Below are positions 10,464-20,052 of a stretch of DNA of 64,000 nucleotides, in pieces. Every line of letters begins with the position of its first letter. Positions within the stretch are counted from its first letter, which is position 1. This DNA comes from an uncultured Candidatus Rokubacteria bacterium (GTDB lineage Bacteria; Methylomirabilota; Methylomirabilia; Rokubacteriales; CSP1-6). The position numbers were made by a program, and so were the translations under genes. Below the pieces are notes generated by a model. The model had not been told where the DNA came from. It did no database searches and saw only the letters and a list, made by a program, of their open reading frames with translations. The stretch is from contig CAVWFS010000011.1 of assembly GCA_963754315.1 (NCBI GenBank), positions 192,001-256,000 on the forward strand, written 5' to 3'.

Positions 10464-10841
10464 TCAGAGGGGACGAATGAGTCCGAAAGCCTGTAGCACC
10501 TGGATGGCCGCGAGGACAACGCCGATAACCGCGAGAACGAGCGAGTACCGTCCCAGGTTCGTGGCGGCCGCGTCAAGCTTCTCCATGGTTTTGGTGAGAT
10601 GTTCAGTATTCTTTAGTTCGATCTCGGAGATGATCGCCTCTCGAAGAGCCTTCACGTTCGCTTGGCGACTGCCTGAACTCGAAAGCATCGAGGTCGCCGC
10701 GACCAATGTTCGTGTGGAACTTTCCCGGATCTCGCTCAACCACTGCGCGTAAGCGGGTACGTCCGCGATGTTAGCAATGTTGGTTGCGGTTTCGGCGACG
10801 GTTCGGGTCAGGTCCGCGATCTTCCGCTCAGCTGTCGTCAT
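10464..10841 (-). CDS. Hypothetical protein, coiled coil with C-terminal transmembrane helix
   Basis: AAGGA RBS; hydrophobic YSLVLAVIGVVLAAIQVL tail. Confidence 0.6.
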   Translation of the reverse strand: MTTAERKIADLTRTVAETATNIANIADVPAYAQWLSEIRESSTRTLVAATSMLSSSGSRQANVKALREAIISEIELKNTEHLTKTMEKLDAAATNLGRYSLVLAVIGVVLAAIQVLQAFGLIRPL

Positions 10842-11107
10842 GTCAGCGTCCTTCCCACGGGCCGCATCTTCCGGCCCGTCGCCAGAGTGGTGACTCCCCT
10901 GAGGTTAGACCAGCTACCCTAACGGACGGTAGCCCAGCAGCACCGCGTCGTTCGTGAGCCTTTTTCCACTCTTTCTGTCGGGGCTGGGGGCGTCATGGTA
11001 CTTCGCCGTTGGCCTGCACCGTACGAGCCTCGAGTTGCATGATCGGCGCGCAAACTGACTCGGATGCAGCTATGAGGCAGCGCGAAAAGACGGTAGGCTC
11101 GTCGTCC

Positions 11108-11962
11108 ATGAGCCTCTCTTGGCGAGGTATGGACCGCGCCGCCCTCGATGCGGCCTATGACAACAGGGCGGCGGTGGCCGACAGCGCCGACTGGATCGAG
11201 CGCTGGACGCGGCAGACCCAGCAGCTGCGTGCCCTTCATCCCGAGCACCTCGACCTCGCGTACGGGAGCCGGCCGCGTAATCGCGTCGATCTCTACCGAT
11301 CGAGTGCTCCGGATGCTCCGCTGCTGGCCTTCATCCACGGGGGCTACTGGCAGCGCAACTCAAAGGACGTGTTCGGGTGCCTGGCCGAGGGGCCCCTCGC
11401 CAGAGGCATCGATGTGGCCATGCTGGGCTACACCCTCTGTCCGGAGGTTCGTCTCTCCGAGGTTGTGGAGGAGATCGCTGGCGCGCTGGATTGGCTCGCG
11501 CGGCACGCGCGGTCGCGCGGCTTCCCGGCCAGCCGGATCCTGGTGTCGGGTTGGTCGGCCGGCGGGCATCTCACCGCGCTCGCCATGCACCATCCTGCCG
11601 TCGCGGCCGGTGTGGCCATCAGCGGAATCTTCGACCTCGAGCCAATCCGGCTCGGCAGCCTGAACGACGCCGTCCGGCTGGACACGGCCGAGGTCGAGCG
11701 GTTGAGTCCCATTCGCCGGCTCCCGAGCGCGGCCGGCCCATTGATCGTCTCCTTCGGAGAGCGGGAGTTGCCCGAGTTACAGCGGCAGTCGCGCGAGTTC
11801 TTTACAGCCTGGCAGTCGGTGGGACTGAAGGGGCAGCTGCTGCCACTCCCCGCCCACAATCACTTCAGCATTCTCGACGAGCTCCAGCGGCCCGACGGCG
11901 CGCTTACGACTGCCGTACGTCGCCTGGTCGACACCACCGAGCAATTCACGACATCGATCTGA
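11108..11962 (+). CDS. Alpha/beta hydrolase (arylformamidase/esterase-like)
   Basis: HGGYW oxyanion motif, GWSAGG nucleophile elbow, HNHF catalytic His. Confidence 0.85.
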   Translation: MSLSWRGMDRAALDAAYDNRAAVADSADWIERWTRQTQQLRALHPEHLDLAYGSRPRNRVDLYRSSAPDAPLLAFIHGGYWQRNSKDVFGCLAEGPLARGIDVAMLGYTLCPEVRLSEVVEEIAGALDWLARHARSRGFPASRILVSGWSAGGHLTALAMHHPAVAAGVAISGIFDLEPIRLGSLNDAVRLDTAEVERLSPIRRLPSAAGPLIVSFGERELPELQRQSREFFTAWQSVGLKGQLLPLPAHNHFSILDELQRPDGALTTAVRRLVDTTEQFTTSI

Positions 11963-12392
11963 CCGCCGCGACAACGCCCATGCCTTCGTCTTGTGAACAA
12001 GCTGCCGCTGGTCATCGAGGAGCGCATGCGCCGGCTGGCCGCCGGCGGGTCCAAGATCAGAGTCCCTCGGCGACGTCCGCGCCGTTCGGCTGGGCGGCTG
12101 TCCTTCGCCTAAACCACGTCCGAGTCACTCGGCGAGCGTCCGTGCTCTCTTGTGTTATGCCCAGGACGCGGGAGACTGGTGGCTCGATGCCCGGGGATCA
12201 GCAGGTTCTACCAGGCTCCGACCGGGCGCGGATCAAGCATATGCGTCGTAGCGGAGGGGCGAGGTTGGTTCCACTGTGGTTCCAACACACGCCGACTCAG
12301 GCGACATATCGAGACGTAGGCAGGCTCACAATCGTGGCAATTCTCGTGTGCTTGCTTCGTGATGCATCGCCATGCGCAGGTCGGCGGACTCG

Positions 12393-12437
12393 CTTTTAAT
12401 CAGGGGGTCGAGGGTTCGAGTCCCTCACGGCTCACCA
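12393..12437 (+). repeat. att site: displaced 3' half of tRNA-Lys with a compensated T-stem
   Basis: 41/45 identical to 6449-6493; the differences CC..GG vs GA..TC keep base pairing. Confidence 0.85.
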
Positions 12438-12694
12438 GTAAATCAGATAGTTACCATGCATGGCCTCGTTAGTGACAGTTATGAGTCACCACCGAGTAAC
12501 CAGGCCCACGCCTGTCAGTACCCAACCACGCCCCGCACGAAGGCCCGTGCGATGAGCATGAGCGTTCTTGCCCAACTCATGCGACCGGCTCCGGCAGCCG
12601 CACCTAGTTCTGGTTTGATACGATAATGGCATCGCCGAAGTAGCCGGGCGCCGTGATGGTAACGATGACGAGTAGACAGGTCAAGGAGGACGAC

Positions 12695-12844
12695 ATGGCC
12701 AAGAAGAGCCAGAAACGCTCGAAGCAGAACAAAGCGAAGAAGGTGGCGGACCTGCCGGCGGGACCCAAGGCCAAGAACGTCAAGGGCGGCACCGAGCGCT
12801 TGAGCGAGAACGTGACGTTAAACTTCCAGAAGTACAAGTACTGA
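12695..12844 (+). CDS. 49-aa peptide: basic DL...VKGG leader plus Hcp-like core TERLSENVTLNFQKYKY
   Basis: Strong RBS AAGGAGGACGAC-ATG; leader nearly identical to 42101-42262. Confidence 0.8.
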   Translation: MAKKSQKRSKQNKAKKVADLPAGPKAKNVKGGTERLSENVTLNFQKYKY

Positions 12845-13230
12845 AGTTCCACTGGATCAAATGTGGATCGTAGACCCGCTGACTCAAGGGGGTCACATCG
12901 GGGATCGGCGCAACGGTTTATAAGCGCGGGGGAAGAGCACCTCCTCATAGGGTCCGCCCCGCTAGCTTAGGGCCGCCCTCCCGCGCCAACCGACTCCGGT
13001 AGCCGCACTCGATTCTCCGAAGTCTCGCCTGTCCTTCGCCAAAACCTCGTCCGACTCGTTGGCGAACTTTCGCGATTGGCCTGAGGTCCAACACGGCGAA
13101 GGTTGGTAGGAGGGGTCGACACTCGGACGTGATCGAATCGTCGGCACGGGTACCGCAGGGTCGTAAGGGGGCAGACTGTCGGCAGGACAGGGCTGGTTCG
13201 TGTTGTGATGCCTTTCCGCTTGCTGCGGGA

Positions 13231-13625
13231 CTACGCGACCTGGCGGAAGTAGCGGTGGTGCAAGCCCCCGACTTCTGGACGCTGTACGATCTTGCCCGTC
13301 GAGGGGGGCTCGATGGGCCGGAGGCCGGGTGCGTCCTTGTCGAGCGCGAGGTGCGTGCGCGCCTCATCGTAGTAGGTGAAGTAGCGGGTCAGGATTCGGC
13401 GGAAATGACAGTCGTTCACCAAGGACGAGGACATGATTCAGATACTCGCGCCGCATCGAACCGATCAGGCGCTCGGCGAACGGATTCTGCCAGGGGCTGT
13501 GCGGTGCCGTGAGGACTTCGTCGATGCCCATGCGCTTCACACGGTGCCGAAAGTGCTGGCCGTAGACATGATCACGGTCGCGCAGGAGGTAGGCCGGTGC
13601 GGAGTCGTTCGGGAAGGCGGCCACG
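13231..13625 (-). pseudogene. Transposase (rve integrase-core) C-terminal fragment
   Basis: YLLRDRD..YG, SPWQNPFAERLIGSMRRE, RTHLALDKDAP, GGLHHRY motifs; frameshifted. Confidence 0.8.
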
Positions 13626-13627
13626 AT

Positions 13628-14065
13628 CTGAGAAGTGGCCCGGCAAGCCGGCGGCCTTGAGGACACGGGCGAAGAGCTTCCTGACCCGGCTGTCGTCAAG
13701 CGGGGTGCCTGTGTCCGTACAGAAGACCCACGAAACCTCCGCCGAGCCGCGCCTGAGCCTCTCCGTCTTCTGTTCGATCTGGAGTCGTCGGAGCGCGGTG
13801 GCTAGCTGCTCGCTCATGTCCACCGTGCGCCCGTGGCCGGACTTGGGCGTCTCAATCCGGTTATTCTTCGCCAGCGCGCGCGCCACCGTGATCTCGTGAC
13901 CACTCCAGTTGAGATCTGTCCACTGGACGGCGCGCGCTTCGCCGAGCCGCAGCCCCGCCCGGGCCTGGAGCAGCCAGAAGGGGGCGGTGCGCCGATCGAC
14001 GCGGGGCGCCGCCGTGAGGAACGCGGACAGTTGCTCCCGTGTCATGGCTTTGATCTGCTCCTGGC
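13628..14065 (-). pseudogene. Tyrosine integrase internal fragment
   Basis: AGLRLGEA, TPKSGHGRTVDMS, VLKAAGLPGHFS, cut just before HxxR by the transposase fragment. Confidence 0.8.
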
Positions 14066-14414
14066 GCGGAAGCTGTAGTTCTGTGTCCAGAACCGGCAGG
14101 TGACGACGCGACCGGCCATCTAACAACCGGGACGTTAGACCGCGAAGGGAGCGGTGAGCATGCCAGATGATCAAGGTCGGCCTAGCGAGGTCGTGTCCCG
14201 CTTGAGTTTTTTCCCGGCGGCGCCTATTGGCTGATGGGCCATCGCTTTCCGCGCGAGGTCCTCCGGCGTTGGACCAGCCTTACGGGGCATGGCGACGACG
14301 TTGGGCGTTGCCGCTCGCTCACTTGGTCGACTAACCGGCTTGTCCGACACATCTGGCGGGAATAGCGGGAGGGAGTCAGATGCGGCGACTCCACGCGGGC
14401 GACGCAGGTCGCCT

Positions 14415-14752
14415 TTAGCCACCCGCCGCTTCCTCCCGGTTGGCCCGCTTCAGTACGTCCAGCGCCCCCATCTGTACCGCTCGCCAGCGGAGCGGGTCCG
14501 TTCCGACACCAGCCCACGTCGAGGGCGAGTGCTGCATGGCCTCGCGGTAGAACTCGGCGCGCCAGCCGAACACCGATTGCGTTAGCTCACGTGATGGCCG
14601 GCCGCCGTCATCGCGTCGAGGACATGGCCGACGCCCGACCACGAGTCCAGCCAGCTCCTCAGCATGTGGCCCTCGGGGACGTCGGGCGGAAGGAGGGCGC
14701 CGACGAGGGCGGTGGTGAGGAGGTTGCGGCGGCTGGCGGTATCGTCGGGCAT
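14415..14752 (-). CDS. Small hypothetical protein (one frameshift ~14588); best-preserved copy of the 1345-1655 family
   Basis: MPDDTASRRNLLTTALVGALLPPDVPEGHMLRSWLDSWSGVGHVLDAM...WRAVQM..LDVLKRA. Confidence 0.55.
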
Positions 14753-14791
14753 GCCGACGATGGTGCCTGTCTGGCCAACAGAGCGTGCTGA

Positions 14792-15226
14792 TCACCTCTC
14801 GCAAGGGATCGGAGTCCAGTCCCTCGTCTGCCCGTCACATCGGAGGAAACGCTTGACCGGGCCGGTCCCCCCCTCGCAACGGTAAAAGCCATGAAGGGTG
14901 TCGAGATGGAAACGGACATTCATGAAGGTCACAGGGGCGCTTAAGCTGGGCGCGATGGTCAGCGCCATCTCCACCATGGACCCGTCGAAGATTGCCGCGC
15001 TGCCACTGACGGGGGAGATGAACTCGCCGACGGGAGCGTCGGTCCCCGCAACAGCGGCCGCAACGGGATTGGCGGAGTCGAGGAGGAAAAAGAGTCTGAG
15101 CGTGTAGGACGGATTCCGTAGGGCCTCCCAACAGAGGGGCCCTATCGTGCTGGCCTGCGCTGCAAGTGGAACCATCAGGACGACTAGCGCGACAAGAATT
15201 GCAAAGTTGGAGCGCGCCGATCTCAT
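14792..15226 (-). CDS. Secreted Cys-containing hypothetical protein (paralog of 1781-2215)
   Basis: GAGGAGG RBS, signal peptide ending AQA, TIGPLCW, SPVSGS, WTPIPC. Confidence 0.75.
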   Translation of the reverse strand: MRSARSNFAILVALVVLMVPLAAQASTIGPLCWEALRNPSYTLRLFFLLDSANPVAAAVAGTDAPVGEFISPVSGSAAIFDGSMVEMALTIAPSLSAPVTFMNVRFHLDTLHGFYRCEGGTGPVKRFLRCDGQTRDWTPIPCER

Positions 15227-15437
15227 TGGGAGCCTCCTCGTCAGATCCTGGCGAAGCTATCCTCGCCGGTCCCGCGATGGTAGCCGAAGCGCCCCCAAAA
15301 GCGCACGTGCGGCTTCGGACATGCCTTCAGCACCTGAGGAGGTTAATCCCCCTCCCCCCGCCCCGGATCACGCTCGGTGGCGAGCTTGGAGAAGTAGGCG
15401 ACAGCGGCAGCCATCACGATGAACGTACGCCGATGCA

Positions 15438-16706
15438 TCACTGGATAATCTCGTCCGCCCGCAGTAGGAGCGCTGACGGGATAGTCAACCCGAGTGCCTT
15501 CGCTGTCTTCACATTGATCACCAGCTCGAACTTCGTGGGTCGCTCGACGGGGAGTTCCGCGGGGTTGGAGCCTTTGAGAATTCGGTCCACGTAGGTTGCG
15601 GCGCGCCGAAATAAGTCAGCGATGTTCGGCCCGTAGGACATAAGGCCCCCGGCATCGACGTAGTCCCTCCATGGGTACACTGCCGGGAGCCGGCTTTGCC
15701 GCTAGGTCCACGAGGCGTTTCCCCTCACCGGCGAACATGGCGCTTGGCGACACAGCCAGAGCCTCCGCGCGCGCCCTCGTCATGTCCGAGAAGGCTCGGT
15801 CGAAATCGACGGGTCCGCGCGCCTCAACACTATGAAGCCGCACCCCCAGCGCACGCGCCGCGACGTTTGCTCCCTTCAGCATGTCCTTTTGCGTGCGTTC
15901 GTCGGCGGCACCTGGGTGCCAGAGGTAGGCGACCCGACTGACCCCCGGAACGACCTGCTTGAGGTGTTTCAGACGCTTGCCGACGAGGTCCGAGGAAGCG
16001 AAGACGGACTACCCCGTGACGTTGCCGCCCGGCCGCGCAAGGCTGGTGACGAGCCCGCTCGAAACCGGATCGCCAGCAGCAGCGAAGACGATGGGAAGAG
16101 TCCTGGTCGCTTGCTTGGCGGCCAGGGCATGGGGTGTGGCTCCGGCCACGATGACATCAACCTCGAGCGCAACCAATTCGGCCGCGAGAGCGGCGAGCCG
16201 CTCGATCTTCCCCTCGCCATCTCGGTATTCAATGACGACGTTGCGACCTTCGATGTAACCGAGGTCACGCAGACCTTGACGGAAGGCCTCGTTCGCATGG
16301 CGGTTAGCGGCCAACTCTTGCTCACGCATCCGGGCGTCGGCCCCCTCACGGCGCTGCCGACGGTCCTCATTCTCGGGCCCGTGCGGCGGTTCCCGGACAG
16401 CAAGCACGTCGTCAGTTAATCGGCTTGGCCCCAGCCGTCAACGCCTCGGCCGACAAACAACATCTCGGCAAGATCACCAAGCAGGGCAACGCGCTCCTCC
16501 GCTGGGTGCTGGGGCAAGCAGCGCCGCTGGCCGCCCGCGCGGACGAGGATCTTCGGCGCCGCTACTTCTCGGTCCTCCATCGACGGGGTCGGCCCAAAGC
16601 GAAAGTCGCCCTCGCCCGTAAGCTTCTCGTGCGCCTCTATGTGATGCTCCGCGAGCGGTGCGCCAAGAGCAGCAGCACCACCGACGATGAAGGCCCGCCG
16701 GTCCAT
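15438..16706 (-). pseudogene. ABC transporter substrate-binding protein (Trp/Tyr-binding-like family), disrupted by an IS110 fragment and frameshifts
   Basis: MDRRAFI N-terminus at 16706; AFRQGLRDLGYIEGRNV, LARPGGNVTG, PTKFELVINVKTAKALGLTIP. Confidence 0.8.
16305..16652 (+). mobile_element. IS110-family transposase C-terminal fragment
   Basis: LLLTHPGVGPLTA, GLAP...S, GKITKQGNALLRWVL, KAKVALARKL; internal stop at 16417-16419. Confidence 0.8.
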
Positions 16707-17678
16707 CTATTCGATAACCTGATCTGCCCGCGCCAGCACCGACGGTGGGATCGTGAGGCCGAGCGCCTTCGCCGTCTTCAGGTTGATGACCAGCTCGAAC
16801 TTCGTGGGCTGCTCGACGGGCAGATCGGCGGGCTCGGCGCCCTTGAAGATCCGGTCGACATAACTCGCCGCGCGCCGGAGTTGCGCGACGGAGTCCGCCG
16901 CGTAGCTCAGGAGGCCGCCGTCATGTGTCCAAAAAGAGAATGAGTAGATTGCCGGCAACCGCGTCTTGGCCGCGAGACTAACGATCCTCGCCCGGTGACT
17001 GTTCATGAAATCAGTCGCCACAACGATGAGGGCCTCCGCACGGCCCTTGACCGCGCTGTTGAATGCGCCCTCCAACCCGTCGGGCGTGCGAACCTCGACA
17101 GACTGAAGCGCTATGCCCAGCGTGCGGGCAGCCGCTTGGGTCTCACGAAGGTGGCCGGGAGGGCCGGGGGAAGGCCAGAGAATAGCCACGCGCGACGCCT
17201 GCGGGACCACCTCCTTGAGGAGCTGGAGCCGTTTGCCGGCTAGCTCATGCCCAACGTTGACGAACCCGGTGACGTTCCCGCCAGGCCGCGCGTAGCTGGC
17301 AATCAAGCCTAATCGGACGGGGTCGTCGTCAGCGGCCCCCATGACGATCGGGATCGTGGCCGTCGCTTCCTTGGCGACTCTGGTCGCGTGTACGCCGAGG
17401 GCGAGAATGCAGTCCACGTTGAGCCGGACAATCTCAGCCGCCAGGCTAGGAAACAGTGAGGTGTTGCCTTTCGCAAAGCGCCATTCGATGACGAGGTTCT
17501 GTCCCTCGACGTATCCCAGGTCGCGCATGCCTTGACGGAAGGCCTCACCCGTGCTTTCGATCCCGAGACGCGGTGAAAGGTACCCGAGGCGATACACCTT
17601 CCCAGTCTGCTGCCCCTCCACCGCGAGCGGCGCGGCCAGGAGACCGGCAGCCGTCACGATGAAGGTTCGGCGATTCAT
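16707..17678 (-). CDS. ABC transporter substrate-binding protein (intact)
   Basis: MNRRTFI Tat-like signal; family motifs GYVEGQNL, ARPGGNVTG, ADLPVEQPTKFELVINLKTAKALG. Confidence 0.9.
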   Translation of the reverse strand: MNRRTFIVTAAGLLAAPLAVEGQQTGKVYRLGYLSPRLGIESTGEAFRQGMRDLGYVEGQNLVIEWRFAKGNTSLFPSLAAEIVRLNVDCILALGVHATRVAKEATATIPIVMGAADDDPVRLGLIASYARPGGNVTGFVNVGHELAGKRLQLLKEVVPQASRVAILWPSPGPPGHLRETQAAARTLGIALQSVEVRTPDGLEGAFNSAVKGRAEALIVVATDFMNSHRARIVSLAAKTRLPAIYSFSFWTHDGGLLSYAADSVAQLRRAASYVDRIFKGAEPADLPVEQPTKFELVINLKTAKALGLTIPPSVLARADQVIE

Positions 17679-17738
17679 CACTGGATGATCCCTGAGCACG
17701 GCATGGTCAGCCCGAGCGCCTTAGCGGTGTAAGCCAGT

Positions 17739-18233
17739 TCACCGCTCCAATCGCAGGCGTGATGCGTCCTCCATGTCGCGGATGTCGTCCTTCACGCGCC
17801 GCGAGGAGAGCACGGTCCCCAGGTGTCCATTGGGGTTCACCTCAACCGGCAGCCCCTTGCCGAGCACCGTCGCGCCGAAGATCCCGGCGATGAAGGTGCT
17901 CGTCTGGACGAATCGGTCGCCGATGCGGATGAAGGCGTCATCGGCTGCGTTGCTCACGTTGGCGATGTGGATGTTGTTACTCCCCGTCGTCACATTGAAC
18001 CCGGCGTTGAGCCCGATGGCGATGTTGCTGGAGCCCGTGGTGTTGTGGTTGAGGGCGCCGCTCCCGATGGCGGTGTTTTCGGAGCCCGTGTTGACGACGA
18101 GGGCGTTGCTCCCCACGCTAGTGTTGCTGTCCCCGCATACCGCGCAGGGGGGCTGGGCGGTGGCCGGGAGCGCGAACGCAAGGCTGAGCATCAGGGCACA
18201 CACGATCGTCAGCGACACGCGAATCGATGTCAT
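17739..18233 (-). pseudogene. Short paralog of the 3450-5123 fibre protein, truncated at the start of the S74 domain
   Basis: Signal peptide, NTTGSSN repeats, shared NVTTGSNNIHI and TFIAGI.G, SSRRVKDDI then break. Confidence 0.7.
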
Positions 18234-18445
18234 GAGGGCCTCCTCCTCAGGATTTGGTGGGTGTCGCGATGATAGCCGAGAGTCTCCTACAAGCCACGTG
18301 CGCCTTCTGGCGAGACTTCAGGGCCGGAGGAGGGTGTCAGCCATGGGAGCCAACTGCACCGCTCGCCACATGTGGCCCTCGGGGACGTGGGGCGGAAGGA
18401 GGGCGCCGACGAGGGTGGTGGTGAGGACTGCGCCGTCGGAGGCGC

Positions 18446-18795
18446 TCACTGGATAATTTCATCCGCTCGGAGCAGCAGCGACGACGGGATGGTCAGGCGT
18501 AAGGCCTTTGTCGTCTTCAAATTTATCACCAAGTCGAACTTCGTGGGTTGCTCAATGGGGAGGTCGGCGGGCCGGGCGCCCTTGAGAATCTTGTCCACGT
18601 AGGATGCAGCACGACGGTGAACGTCGGCTGCGTTCGGTCCGTATGTCATGAGGCCGCGTCGTCGATGTACACGTGCTCGGGCTCGGTCAACAGCAGCGAT
18701 GAGGTCAACGTCGTGAGCGCATGCGCAGGGACGGTCAGGCCGAAGAGCAGGAACGCGGTGAGAACAACGGACGTGTAGAACTTCGCACGGTTCAT
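18446..18795 (-). pseudogene. Chimeric remnant: signal-peptide N-terminus ([29 protein letters not shown] 18795) joined to an ABC substrate-binding protein C-terminus
   Basis: GLMTYGPN...[16 protein letters not shown]...RADEIIQ at 18446-18655; GAGGAGG RBS upstream of 18795. Confidence 0.6.
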
Positions 18796-19215
18796 GAGCA
18801 CCCTCCTCGGTGGTTGTGAAGTTGAACCCCAAACGGGTTCACTCCCGAGAACGATGCTGACATGAACCGATTCGCTACTGTCGAGGTATTAGGAACGAGT
18901 CGAGGAGCGGTGTTCTCGGGCTCCCCGCCGATGGTGGCAATTTCCAGCGAGCGCAGCGCGATCAACAAATCTTCCCCGATGTCTTCGAGCCTTTCAATCG
19001 CGGCTTCGTCCGGGCCAATGCTCAAATAGTGGACGGCAACGGCGCGACGATCGCGGTTGCTCCTGCCCAAGCCGTGGGTGAGTAAGGAGCGTTGATCGCG
19101 GCTGCGCAGCGAGATCGTCTGTCGCTGAGGCGCTCGCTGCGCAGCCCGCGCCGTCCCCGCGTCGAGGTTGCGAGATGTTCCGAACGACTGCCGATGGTCT
19201 GAGCCTAGCGCTGAC

Positions 19216-19401
19216 TCAAGCTGTCCAGTCCTTATGGTGCACTTCGGTACTCTCACCCTTGATATCGCCGAAGTTCCTAAACGCGTTGACCGCGCCGCCC
19301 TTCACGTCTCTGCCCTTCCCGCTGGGGAGCGCTAGGTCAGACGGTCTGGTGCTCTTCTTCCCTGACTTCCTGGTCGTCGTCGTCTTCTTCTTCGGGGTCA
19401 T
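19216..19401 (-). CDS. 61-aa peptide: basic DL...VKGG leader plus Hcp-N-terminus-like core AVNAFRNFGDIKGESTEVHHKDWTA
   Basis: RBS AAGGAGGACGACG-ATG; same leader architecture as the other two peptides. Confidence 0.8.
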   Translation of the reverse strand: MTPKKKTTTTRKSGKKSTRPSDLALPSGKGRDVKGGAVNAFRNFGDIKGESTEVHHKDWTA

Positions 19402-19436
19402 CGTCGTCCTCCTTCCAGGGTGTCCCACTCAACGAG

Positions 19437-19451
19437 GCATTTCGCATGCCG
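19437..19451 (-). promoter_or_regulatory. Sigma54-like -24/-12 promoter (CGGCAT-GCGAA-ATGC)
   Basis: GG-N10-GC spacing, ~36 nt upstream of the peptide ATG. Confidence 0.5.
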
Positions 19452-19603
19452 TCCCATCGGTGTGGGTCAACTCCTGATTGTGTCGATGCTTGCACGAACC
19501 GCCCGAGAAGTGGCAGCCTCAAAACGAGACCATGGTGGTCTCGAAACGCTTCCCGACACGTCGCTGAGGCGCTCGCTGCGCAGCGTCCCCAGAAATGAAA
19601 CTT

Positions 19604-19633
19604 AAAACGGGTGCCCGACCTTGGGCACCCGTT
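19604..19633 (-). terminator. Rho-independent terminator-like hairpin
   Basis: AACGGGTGCCC-N6-GGGCACCCGTT with a T-run on the minus strand. Confidence 0.6.
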
Positions 19634-19789
19634 CATCGTCTGAGCCGCTAGGAGCCTCTCCAGACACGTTCTCAGGTCCAGGAGCTACCCTGAACAGGGT
19701 CCAGGTCTTACGGCTCTGGCGAAGTCTCGACGCTGCCACTTCACCCGAGAAATCGACTTCCAGCCAGGAGGGGGTTCGCGACGGTGAGT

Positions 19790-20052
19790 ACCGCTCGCGG
19801 TACCCAGCGCGTCGGCCAGCCCCTTGAGCGGCACGGGACCCAGCGACTTGACCTCGACGTAGCCCTCGACCAGCGCCAAGGTCTGGGGCGTGATCACGAC
19901 GGCACCGGGATCGGCGAGCTGCTCCATCCGGGCGGCCAGGTGCGTGGTCTGGCCCACGGCCGTGTCGTCCATGTGCAAATCGGAGCCGATGGTTCGGACG
20001 ACGACTTCGCCCGAGTTCAGGCCCACCCGGATGCGGACGGTGTCGCCGTGCC
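19790..20052 (-). pseudogene. Class III adenylate/guanylate cyclase fragment
   Basis: IRVGLNSGEVVVR.I.SDL.MD.TAVGQTTHLAARMEQLA, closely similar to the cyclase at 38278. Confidence 0.8.

Larger units (their letters stand above)
6449..12437. mobile_element. Integrative element in tRNA-Lys (integrase, XRE-HTH and cargo), bounded by 45-bp direct repeats of the tRNA 3' half
   Basis: CTTTTAATCAGGGGGTC..GGGTTCGAGTCCC..ACGGCTCACCA at 6449-6493 and 12393-12437; integrase adjacent to the tRNA. Confidence 0.8.
19121..19584. repeat. 25-bp perfect direct repeat GTCGCTGAGGCGCTCGCTGCGCAGC (19121-19145 and 19560-19584) flanking the peptide gene
   Basis: Read directly from the sequence; the left copy also closes a 13-bp inverted repeat (19101-19145). 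Confidence 0.85.

Noticed and set aside
12393..12437. Second tRNA-Lys gene
   Set aside because: No 5' acceptor strand or D-arm; it is an att repeat.
14118..14140. Integron attC site (ATCTAAC...GTTAGAC)
   Set aside because: Only 9 nt between the boxes, far too short, and no IntI-type integrase is recognisable.
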